64,000 nucleotides of DNA from Mobula hypostoma (Eukaryota): NCBI RefSeq assembly GCF_963921235.1, contig NC_086106.1, positions 95,666,001-95,730,000 on the forward strand, in the 5' to 3' direction. The first letter of the stretch is position 1. Each line of letters starts with the position of its first letter. The notes under the pieces were generated by a model. That model was not told the origin of the DNA. It ran no database searches and saw only the letters and a program-made list of their open reading frames with translations. This document shows positions 53,683 through 64,000 of the stretch, piece after piece. Made by a program: the position numbers and the translations under genes.

Positions 53683-54500
53683 ATCTGCAGATTCTGGAAA
53701 TCTAAAGCAACATGCACAGAATGCTGGAGAAACTCATCAGGCCGAGCAGCATTCTTGGAAAAGAGTAAACAGTCGATGTTTCAGGCCAAGACCCTTCATC
53801 ACAACTGGAAAGGAAGGGGCAAGGAGTCAGGCTAAGAAGGTGGGGGAGGGGAGGGCAGGAGCAAGTCCAAGGTGGCAGGTGATAGTTTAAACAGGGAGGA
53901 GGTGAAGTAAAGAGCTGGAAAGTTGAATGATAAAAGAGATAAAGGGCTGGAGCAGGTGGAATCTGAACGGAGAGGACAGAAGTCCTTGGAAGAAAGGGAA
54001 GGGCGACGAGCACCAGAGGAAGGTGATGGACAGGTAAGAAAAAAGGTGGGGGAGGGAAACAAATGGGGAATGGTGAAGGAGAAGAGAGGTGTGGAATCCT
54101 GGTAGTTCGAGAAATCGATGTTTATGCCATCTGGTTGAAGGCTACCCAGACGGAATATAAGGTGTTGCTCCTCCAGCCTGAGTGGCCTCATTGTGGCAGT
54201 AGAGGAGGCCATGGACTGACATGTCAGAATGGGAAGTAGAATTGAAATGGGTGGCCACTGGGAAAATCCACATTTTGTGGCAGATGGAGCAAAGGTGCTT
54301 GGCGAAGTGGTCTCTTAATCTACATCGGGTCTCACTATATACATGAGACCATTCCAGGTGCTCCGGATACTGTAGATGACTGCAACAGACATGCAGGTGA
54401 AGTGTCGTCTCACCTAAAAGGACTATTTGGGGCCCTGAATGGTATTGAGGGATGTGTTGTAGGGATAGGTCTGGCACTTGTTCCACTTGCAAGGGTAACT
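53683..54500 (-). mobile_element. Penelope-like element: GIY-YIG C-terminus plus 3' repeat with a hammerhead remnant
   Basis: VYSETRCRLRDHFAKHL, PVATHFNSTSHS, RLEEQHLIFRLGSLQPDGINIDFS; minus strand cagtt-gtgatga-agggtcttggcct-gaaac-atc-gactg at about 53770-53807. Confidence 0.88.
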
Positions 54501-55629
54501 CGTACAGCTCTATGAGTTGGTGGACTTGTAATGAGTGCTTGTGTCTAGCCTGTGGAATGATATTTTACTTATCACTGATGGAATCCTACTGTCAGGCAGA
54601 GAAATGTGTATCTGTTTCATAGTTTCTAAAAGGAAAATCACTGTCAGAATTTTAAGGGTAATGCTTCTCTTTGATATAGACCCAAAAACTGCCACTGAGA
54701 CACTAACTGGCAGGAACCCAAACTCCAAACTGGTGAAGAAAATGCTTGGAAGACTGTGGTGTACAGATCTTGAGCATTAGAGTTGCAGATAAAACAAGTG
54801 AACTTCAAGAAGTCAAGAGTTGAAATAGGCTGGGGTAGGTGTATGATATTGATGGGATTTTGGAAGACTAACGGTAATGAGTCTTAGTGTTATGCAGCAT
54901 TGAAACTGGCCCAGCTAGTCCATGTTAAGGTATCTATTAAATGTAGTCCCATTTGGTTGCTTTTGGCCTATATCTGAACTTTTCTAACCCATACACTTGT
55001 CCAGTGGTTTTTAAAACATTGCATTTGAACCTGTGGTTATCACTTCCTCTAGCTGCTCATTCCACATACCCACCACCATGGGAAGTAAAAGTTGCTCCCC
55101 GGAACTTTTCAGCTCATTTTAAATCTCCATGCTGCTGCTTTTAGAGCATTTGCTCCCTGGAAAAAGGCCATCCGCCTTATCTATGCCGTCATCATTTTAC
55201 GTAACTCAGTCTCCTGTGTTCCAGAAGAGAGAAATGCCCCAATCTATCCAGCCTCCACTATTGGTGTGCGAGGAGGCTATGAATTTTAGATCCTGATGAT
55301 GTAAGTGAAGTGACCAAATAAAACAAAAGATTACATTTTATATTTTTAAACTTCTAAGGTCTGATGCTGGTCTCCTTGCTGCAACTCCAGATCGGAGGTG
55401 GACCTGGGAAATCTCAAGAATAAATAAAAACAATGTCATCTACTTTATAGATTTAGTAATACAGAAGTCAAGAGGTAAGTAAAATCAGTAGAAAGTTGTG
55501 AAACAAATTGAGTCAGTAAGTGGGACAGTGGCAGCACAGAGGCCAGGGTCATGAAAGATGCATCTGAGTTCAACTCTCACCATGTTAGGTGAGCCATTCA
55601 GCAACTAAAACATGAGGTGCTGTAGATAA

Positions 55630-55945
55630 CTAGGGTAGCATGATAGTGCAGCTCTTACTGCTACTGCCCTTGGCTCCAGGAACCAGGTTTGATCTTGACA
55701 TCTAGTGATGTCTGGAATATATGTTCTCTCTGTGACCACATGAGGTTCCTCTGGGTTCTCTGGTTTCTGTCCAAGATTCAAAGATATGCTACTAGGTTAA
55801 TTGGCTGCTGTAAGTTATTTCTTAGTGATGGTAATTGAAGAAGAGTTGATAGGCATGTTGGAGAGACGTTCCCAGAGTACAAGGAAAAGATTATGGGGGT
55901 AGGGGAATTGGACAAATGGGACTGCTTGCCTGGGTATAGTAGGAT
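55630..55945 (+). mobile_element. Degenerate tRNA-SINE (HE1/V-SINE-like)
   Basis: A/B-box-like head, then tgtgaccacatgaggttcctctgggttctctggtttc...aggttaattggctgctgtaa. Confidence 0.6.
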
Positions 55946-56494
55946 CAAAGTCTCTTCTCTCCCCCCCCCACCATCTCCCACTGCCCTGCCCTCACCCCCA
56001 TGCCATGCCATACCCTAACCAACAGACATGCGCACGTGCGCATGCGCTCGTGAAGACCTCCCACCTCAACCCACCTCCTCTACCTTTGTTAAGCTACTTG
56101 CATAAATGCAACATACAACACTGCAAAATTCCAATTATTTTCTTCTCCAGCTCCTGCTAGCCTGTGACCTGCACCATCTGGAAGAGCGAGGGCAGCAACT
56201 GCAAGAACTTTTACATCTGAAAATTTCACTCCAAATCGCTCTACTATTCATCATTATTGGGTCAAGATCCTTGAATTCTGTACCTTGCATCACCACAGGA
56301 ATTGTAGCAATTTGGAAAGGGCAATTGTGGATGGACATACATACATTGAAAAAGTAATAAAAATGTATTTATCAATCTGTTGCCCATAGGGACATAATAT
56401 ATTCAATGCCAGGAATATATAAAATAAAATAATAGGTATTAATGGGTGTTCAGTTAGTGCATGCAACATAATTCAAATATATATAGGTAGTAGA

Positions 56495-57195
56495 AAGTGG
56501 AAAACCTGAAGTTCCTTGGAGTTGTCAAAACAGCTAACGTGGACCACCAACACCTCGCTGCTTGTAAAAAAAAAGGTACAACAAAAACTCTTCCTCAGAA
56601 AGCTGAAACAGGCCAAACTCCCACAAAAGCTGTTGCTTAACTTCTACAGAAGCACAATTGAAACCATCCTGACCTACAGCGCCCCAGTGTGGTATGCCAG
56701 CTGCACAGCCGCTGAGCAACAAGACCTGCATTGCGTGGTGAAGGCAGCCTAGTGAATTGTCAGGATGGAGCTCCCAGGACTGGACACCATCTATTCCAGC
56801 AGACTCAGGAGGAAAGCAATCAGCATAACCAGAGACACCACACAGCCCAGCCACTCCCTGTTTGACCTGCTGCCGTCCTGCAAAAGGTTCAGGACACTAA
56901 AAGCCAGAACAAATAGACTGAGGAACAGCTTCTATCCCAGAGCTGTGGCCTCCATCACACCACTCCCACAGAACAATGACTGAAACTGTGAGCACACGCA
57001 AGGACTCAAATACTTGCACTAACGGCACTTTGTGCATTACCGTGATATTCTGGTGCTGCTGCAACTTAGTTTCTGCTACTTATCTATTTAATACTTTTTC
57101 TATTACTGTCTTGTTTTTATCTACTGCTTTATTTAATTGCCTGAGAGGAAGCCAAACAGTTTCATTTTACCTATGTATAATGATAATAAAGATCA
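56495..57195 (+). mobile_element. Rex1-like LINE 3' fragment
   Basis: LFLRKLKQAKLPQKLLLNFYRSTIETILTY...WYASCT; HSLFDLLPSCKRFR...RLRNSFYPRAV; AATAAA. Confidence 0.85.
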
Positions 57196-57939
57196 CTAGA
57201 TTCAAAAAAAGTTCAGTATTCTCAATAGCACCTTGTGACAGTTGAGGAATGAGGATTTTGAATAAAATTTGTGATAATACATAAAGAAATGAATGTAATT
57301 CTTAAATGATTATTTGTATTTATGTAATTGTCCTGTGCAACAAACTACAAAAATTTAAAAAAATCAGTATTTGAATGTAACCTGTGAGATGGCAGTTTCT
57401 TGATGTATTTGATTTAAATAGGTTAACTATTTTGTATGTAGCAAACAAATAAAAATGGTTTGCATGGTGGAGGAAATTTGTACTGGTGCAAAAATGTATT
57501 ATGAAAAAGATACAACAACATTAGGACAGGGATTGCAACTAAACAGCAAGGCTGGAACTGAAAATGGGTTAAAGCTGCAGCAGGTAAAAGACTACTCCAG
57601 CAGACATGGCCAGAGACAAGTGGTAGTGCAGAAGGAAGGCAAAGGGTGACTGAGGGAGCTGGAGTCTTCAACAATGCACTGGAATATTTCTATTGACAAG
57701 GGGTCAAAATTCTTTTCAAGTTAAAATAGTGATAATGCTCTGGAATATTTGTTACCATAACAAACTATTTGTGACATTTGTATAAACATGGTCATTGCCA
57801 GCAAAATGGCATTTTGCAAATTGGTAGAACTACAATCTCAAGGGTCTCATAAGAATGAACTTTGGTTCTACATTCTCATTTAACTCAATGTAAGCCCTTT
57901 CAAGTAAATCACTGCCTTAATATTGAAATATTTTTCAAT

Positions 57940-59590
57940 ATTAGATATTGGATATAGAGTGGATGTGAAGATGTTTCCTGTTGTGGGAGAGTCTAGGACC
58001 AGATGGCACTGCCTCAGAATAAAAGAGTATGTCTTTGGAGCAGAGATGAGAAATATCTTCAGCCAGAGGGTGGCGAATCTGTAATTCATTGCTACAGATG
58101 TCTGGAAGCCAAGTTATTGGGTATATTTTAAACAGGTTGATAAGTTTTTGAGTAATAACATTCCACCTTAACCTGAGGGGTGCCAATATCCTTAGCAGAT
58201 TTGCTGGAGCTGTTGTGGGGGTGGAGGGGTATGGTGACCAGTGATAAGGCTGAGAATGGGACAATGTGTATACAATTAGATGCAGTGTGCAGTGAGACTC
58301 TCAGGAAACAAAACTTATAGCACAATACAGGCTCTTTGGCCCACAAAGCTGTGGCGAACATGTCCTTACCTTAGAAATTACCTAGAGTTACCCATAGCCC
58401 TCTACTTTTCTGAGCTCCATGTACCTGTCCAAGAGTCTTAAAAGGCCCTATCATATCTGCCTCCACCACTGTTGCCGGCAGTCCATTCCATACACTCAGC
58501 ACTCTGTGTTTTTTAAAAAAAACACAACAAAAAAAAAACAACTTACCCCTGACATCTCCTCTGTACCTGCTTACAAACACCTTAAAACTGTGGCCTCTCA
58601 TGCTAGCCATTTCAGCCCTGGGAAAAAGCCTCTGACTACCCACATGATCAATGCCTTTCATCATCTTATACACCTCTGTCAGGTCACCTCTCATCCTCCA
58701 TCGCTCCAAAGAAAAAAGGTCGAGTTCACTCAACCCATCCTCATAAGGCATGCTCCCTAATCCAGGCAACTTCCTTGTAAATCTCCTCTGCACCCTTTCT
58801 ATGGTTTCCACATCCTGTAGTGAGGCAACCAGAACTGAGCACAGTACTCTGTGGGGTCTGACCAAGGTCGTATCCAGTTTTGCATCCTATCAATGTCCCG
58901 CTGCAGCCTCTGACAGGAGGATGATAGGGCAATAATGCATTGTAATATGGGGACAAAACCTAAAAGGGTGACAAATACAGGACTGATTTGTGATATTTGA
59001 ATGTATGCAGGTAAATGATCTTGTAGCGCAGAGAACGGCAGGTATTTTGCTGTGGACATCACTGAGTTGTGGCTGAAAGAAGATCACAGTTGGAGCTTAA
59101 CATCCAAGGATACACATTGTATCAAAAAGACAGGTAGGTATGCAGACGAGATGGGGTGACTTGGTAAAAAGTGATGTGGGCACAGATTACACAGGAGATA
59201 GAAAATGCATGTCAAAAGGACAATGTTACTGTAGTCATGAGGGATTTCAGTATGCAGGTAGATTGGGAAAATCAGATTGGTGCTGTACCCCAAGAGAGAA
59301 TTTGTATAACACCCATGAGATGGCTTTTTAGAACAGCTTGCAGTTGAGCCCACTACGAAAAGGGTTGTTTTGATGTTGTGTAATGAAACACATTTAATAA
59401 GGGAAGTTAAGGTAGAGGAACCCTTAGGATGCAGTGATTATAATCTGATAGACCACCCAGCAATCTGAGAGGGAGAAGCTTAAGACAGAATTATTACAGT
59501 GGACTAAAGGGAATTATCGAGGCATGAGAAAGGAGCAGGTCAAAATTAACTGGAAGGAGACACGAGCAGGGATGATGGCAGAGGAAGAGT
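57940..59590. mobile_element. Cluster of CR1 fragments in both orientations (minus-strand 3' end at about 58315-58870)
   Basis: ORF 58371-58865 (-) ERVQRRFTRKLPGL...FSLERWRMRGDLTEVYK; flanking + strand CR1 remnants. Confidence 0.8.
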
Positions 59591-59864
59591 TACCTGGATT
59601 CTCTGTTTCAGGAGGTAATCACATCCATTAGATTAGTTGCCTCAAATTTGGTCTATGATCAGGGACAAGAGGGTGTGACAACAAGTGAGGCGGGTAGTGG
59701 GATCTGAGAGACTGTGCTGGAGGAGCCTCAGCCCTTGAGTTTGTCCAAAAGGTCTGAGATTCTAGCTCCCTGTATGGATGAGAGTGGGGGCTGTAGGAAG
59801 GATGAGCAACCTAACTCTGTCACCATAGTTCTGAGAGCTATTCAAGAGGGGGGAGAGAAGAGAC

Positions 59865-62820
59865 CCATAGAACCATAGAAACTACAGCACAGAAACAGAC
59901 CCTTTGGCCCTTCTTGGCTGTGCTGAACCATTTTCTGCCTAGTCCCACTGACCTGCACACGGACCATATCCCTCCATACACCTCCCATCCATGTATCTGT
60001 CCAATTTATTCTTAAATGTTAAAAAAAGAACCTGCATTTACCACCTTGTCTGGCAGCTCATTCCATACTCCCACCACTCTGTGTGAAGAAGCCCCCGCTA
60101 ATGTTCCCTTTAAACCTTTTCCCCCCTCACCCTTAACCCATGTCCTCTGGTTTTTTTCTCCCCTTGCCTCAGTGGAAAAAGCCTGCTTGCATTCACTCTA
60201 TCTATACCCATCATAATTTTATATAACTCTATCAAATCTCCTCTCATTCTTCTACGCTCCAGGGAATAAAGTCCTAACCTATTCAACCTTTCTCTGTAAC
60301 TGAGTTTCTCAAGTCCCGGCAGCATCCTTGTAAACCTTCTCTGCACTCTTTCAACCTTATTTATATCCTTCCTGTAATTTGGTGACCAAAACTGAACACA
60401 ATACTCCCAGATTCGGCCTCACCAATGCCTTATACAATCTCATCATAACATTCCAGCTGTTATACTCAATACTACGATTAATAAAGGCCAATGTACCAAA
60501 AGCTCTCTTTACGACCCTATCTACCTGTGACGACACTTTTAGGGAATTTTGTATCTGTATTCCCAGATCCCTCTGTTCCACTGCACTCCTCAGTGCCTTA
60601 CCATTAACCCTGTATGTTCTACGTTGGTTTGTCCTTCCAACGTGCAATACCTCACACTTGTCAGTTTTAAACTCCATCTGCCATTTTTCAGCCCATTTTT
60701 CCAGCTGGTCCAAGTCCCTCTGCAGGCTCTGAAAACCTTCCTCACTGTCTACTACACCTCCAATCTTTGTATCATCAGCAAACTTGCTGATCCAATTTAC
60801 CACATTATCATCCAGATCATTGATATAGATGACAAATAACAATGGACCCAGCACTGATCCCTGCGGCACACCACTAGTCACAGGCCTCCACTTAGAGAAG
60901 CAATTTTCTACCACCACTCTCTGGCTTCTTCCATCGAGCCAATGTCCAATCCAATTTACCACCTCTCCATGTATGCCTAGCGACTGAATTTTCCTAACTA
61001 ACCTCCCATGCGGGACCTTGTCAAAGGCCTTACTGAAGTCCATGTAGACAATATCCACTGCCTTCCCTTCATCCACTTTCCTGGTAACCTCCTCGAAAAA
61101 CTCCAACAGATTGGTCAAACATGACCTACCTCGCACAAAGCCAAGTTGACTCTCCCTAATAAGCCCCTGTCTATCCAAATGCTTGTAGATTCTGTCTCTT
61201 AGTACCCCCTCCAATAACTTACCTACTACCGACGTTAAACTCACCGGCCTATAATTTCCCGGATTACTTTTCGATCCTTTTTTAAACAACGGAACAACAT
61301 GAGCCACTCTCCAATCCTCCGGCACTTCACCCGTAGACAGCGACATTTTAAATATTTCTGCCAGGGCCCCCGCAATTTCAACACTAGTCTCCTTCAAGGT
61401 CCGAGGGAACACCCTGTCAGGTCCCGGGGATTTATCCACTTTAATTTTCCTCAAGACAGCAAGCACCTCCTCCTTTTCAATCTGTACAGTTGCCATGGTC
61501 TCACTACTTGATTCCCTCAATTCCATAGATTTCATGCCAGCTTCCGTAGTAAATACAGACGCAAAAAACCTATTTAAGATCTCTCCCATTTCCTTTGGTT
61601 CCGCACAAAGCCGACCACTCTGATCTTCAAGAGGACCAATTTTATCCTTTACAATCCTTTTGCTCTTAATATACTTGTGAAAGCTCTTTGGATTATCTTT
61701 CACTTTGACTGCCAAGGCAACCTCATGTCTTCTTTTTGCCCTCCTGAGTATTCTTAAGTATTTTCTTGCACTTCTTATACTCCTCAAGCACCTGATTTAC
61801 CCCCTGTTTCCTATACATTTCATACAACTCCCTCTTCTTCTTTATCAGAGTTGCAATATCCCTTGAGAACCAAGGTTCCTTATTCCTATTCAATTTGCCT
61901 TTAATCCTGACAGGAACATACAAACTCTGCACTCTCAAAATTTCCCCTTTGAAGGCTTCCCACCTACCAATCACATCTTTGCTTGAGAACAACCTGTCCC
62001 AATCCACGCTTTTTAGATCCTTTCTCATTTCTTCAAATTTGGCCTTCTTCCAGTTCAGAACCTCAACCCTAGGACCACATCTATCCTTGTCCATGATCAA
62101 ATTGAAACTAATGGCGTTATGATCACTGGAACCAAAGTGCTCCCCTGCACAGACTTCCGTCACTTGCCCTAATTCGTTTCCTAACAGGAGATCCAATATT
62201 GCATCCCCTCTAGTTGGTCCCTCTATATACTGATTTAGAAAACTTTCCTGAACACATTTTAGAAACTCTAAACCATCTAGACCCCTAACAGTGTGGGAGT
62301 CCCAATCAATGTATGGAAAATTAAAATCCCCTACCACCACAACTTTGTTTCTTGCAGTTGCCTGCTATCTCTGCAGATTTGCTCTTCCAAGTCTCGTTGA
62401 CTATTGGGTGGTCTGTAATACAATCCCACTAATGTGGCCATACCTTTCCTGTTTCTCAGCTCCACCCATAAGGACTCAGTAGACAAGCCCTCTAATCTGT
62501 CCTGCCTGAGCACTGCTGTAATATTTTCCCTAACAAGCAATGCTACTCCCCCACCTTCAACTCCTTGATCACATCTGAAACATCGGAACCCTGGAATATT
62601 AAGCTGCCAGTCCTGCCCCTCCTGTAGCTAAGTTTCACTAATTGCTACAACATCATAATTCCACGTGTCAATCCACGCCCTCAACTCATCCGCCTTCCCC
62701 GCAATACTCCTAGCATTGAAATATATACGCCTCAGAAGATTTTTACCACCACTCACAACCTTTATATCAGCGGATTTGCTTAAACTTTCAACATCATTTA
62801 TTTTCACCCCAGCCACACTG
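59865..62820 (-). mobile_element. Young CR1 LINE with nearly complete ORF2 (APE endonuclease plus RT) and a few frameshifts
   Basis: YFNARSI, VVGDFNFPYIDW, SDHNAI, NYRPVSLTS, YMDFSKAFDKVPH, GVPQGSVLGP, KFADD; (ttctatgg)n tail. Confidence 0.95.
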
Positions 62821-64000
62821 TAATGTAATGGTAATTAGGGATAGTATAGTGTGGGGGAATAGAGTTCTCTGTCACAAAGATAGAGCATCCTGAAGGCTGT
62901 ATTGCCTGCCTGGTGTCCGGGTTTGGGACATCTTATCGGACCTACAGGAATTTGCAGTGGGAGGGGAAAGATCAAGTTGTTGTGGTCCATCTGGGTACTA
63001 ATGACATAGGTAGAACAAGGAAAGAGGTTCTGTTAGGGGAGTTGGAGCATTTAGGGACTAAACTGAAAAACCAAAAAAGCGGTAATCTCTGAGTTACAAC
63101 CTGAGCCACATGCAAATTGGCATAGGGTCAAGAAGATTAGAGAGTTAAATGTGTAGCTGAAGGATTGGTGTGGGAGAAGTGGGTTTGAATTCATGGGAAA
63201 TTGGCACCAGCATTGGGGAAGGAGGGAGCTGTACCAATGGGATGGGCTGCACCTGAACCATTATGGGACCTGGATCCTAGTGATCGCTTAACTAAGGCTG
63301 TGGATTGGGATTTGAACTAAATAGTAGGGGGGTGGATTCAACAGATTGGAGAAGTAAAGTAAAAATGAAAAGTGTGGATAAAGATAAAGAAAATGCAAAA
63401 AATAAAAAAGAGAAAAGTAAGAGCAGAGTGAAGAAAAGTCATGCAGAAGAGTAAAAGATGACAAGATTTTAAAAGCATTATGAACGTAAGTGAACTTTAT
63501 TTTAACGCCTGTAGTGTTCGAAACAAGGTCAGTGAACTTGTTGCATAAATCAGTACAAGGGGGTATGATTTAGTGGCCATTACAGACATATGGTTGCAGG
63601 GTGGAGAGGATTGGGAATTAAATATCTGAGGATATCAGATGACATGAAAGGATAGGCAGGAAGGTAAAGGAGGTGGGGTAGCTTTTTTAATTAAAGATGA
63701 GATCAGGGTGATAGTGAGAGACAATATAAGATCTAAGGAGCAGAATGTTGAATCTATCTGGGTAGAGATTAGGAATAGTAAAAGGAAACACTCACTATTG
63801 GGAGCTGTTTATTGGCCACTGAATATATTAATATTACATTGGCAGAAATATCTGAGTCATGTAAGAATGGAATAGTAGTTATCATGGGGGACTTTAACTT
63901 GCACATAGATTCGGTGAATCAAGTTAGTTGAGGGAGTCTTGAGGAGGACTTCAGAGAGTGCATCTGTGATGGCTTTCTTGAACAACATGTTATTGAACCT
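62821..64000 (+). mobile_element. CR1 LINE ORF1 esterase and ORF2 start (upstream part at about 59590-59864)
   Basis: VMVIxDSIV, CLPGVRV, VVVHLGTNDIG, WDGLHLN (SGNH esterase), then YFNACSVRNK, IMGDFNLHID. Confidence 0.88.

Noticed and set aside
60357-61787. 476-aa ORF as a host gene
   Set aside because: It is CR1 reverse transcriptase within a frameshifted LINE
1-64000. CRISPR arrays, operons or other prokaryotic systems
   Set aside because: The sequence is eukaryotic (spliceosomal introns, LINEs); no regularly spaced repeats seen

Overview
AT-rich, CpG-poor vertebrate genomic DNA. The repeat complement (CR1, Rex1-like, Penelope, tRNA-SINEs, Tc1) suggests a cartilaginous fish; this is inference only. 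The one clear host gene is the 3' end of a DBHS-family paraspeckle protein gene on the + strand, most likely NONO/p54nrb. Four coding exons (2850-2958, 8282-8336, 20066-20193, 26176-26313) splice in frame and end ...GEFGANKRRRY*. About half of the window is transposon debris, often nested, with readable target-site duplications. Two ~10-kb islands almost free of transposons (about 18.8-28.7 kb and 34-43.8 kb) stand out. They hold a set of unannotated, well-formed splice units: an in-frame 39-nt cassette exon, an intronic alternative last exon that would remove the C-terminal NLS, and a chain of short, mostly stop-containing or frameshifting exons downstream of the poly(A) site. These compete with a canonical last exon whose acceptor is weak. 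My best candidate for an undescribed system is this alternative 3'-end/NMD regulatory module of the DBHS gene. It is predicted from splice signals only and needs RNA-seq.
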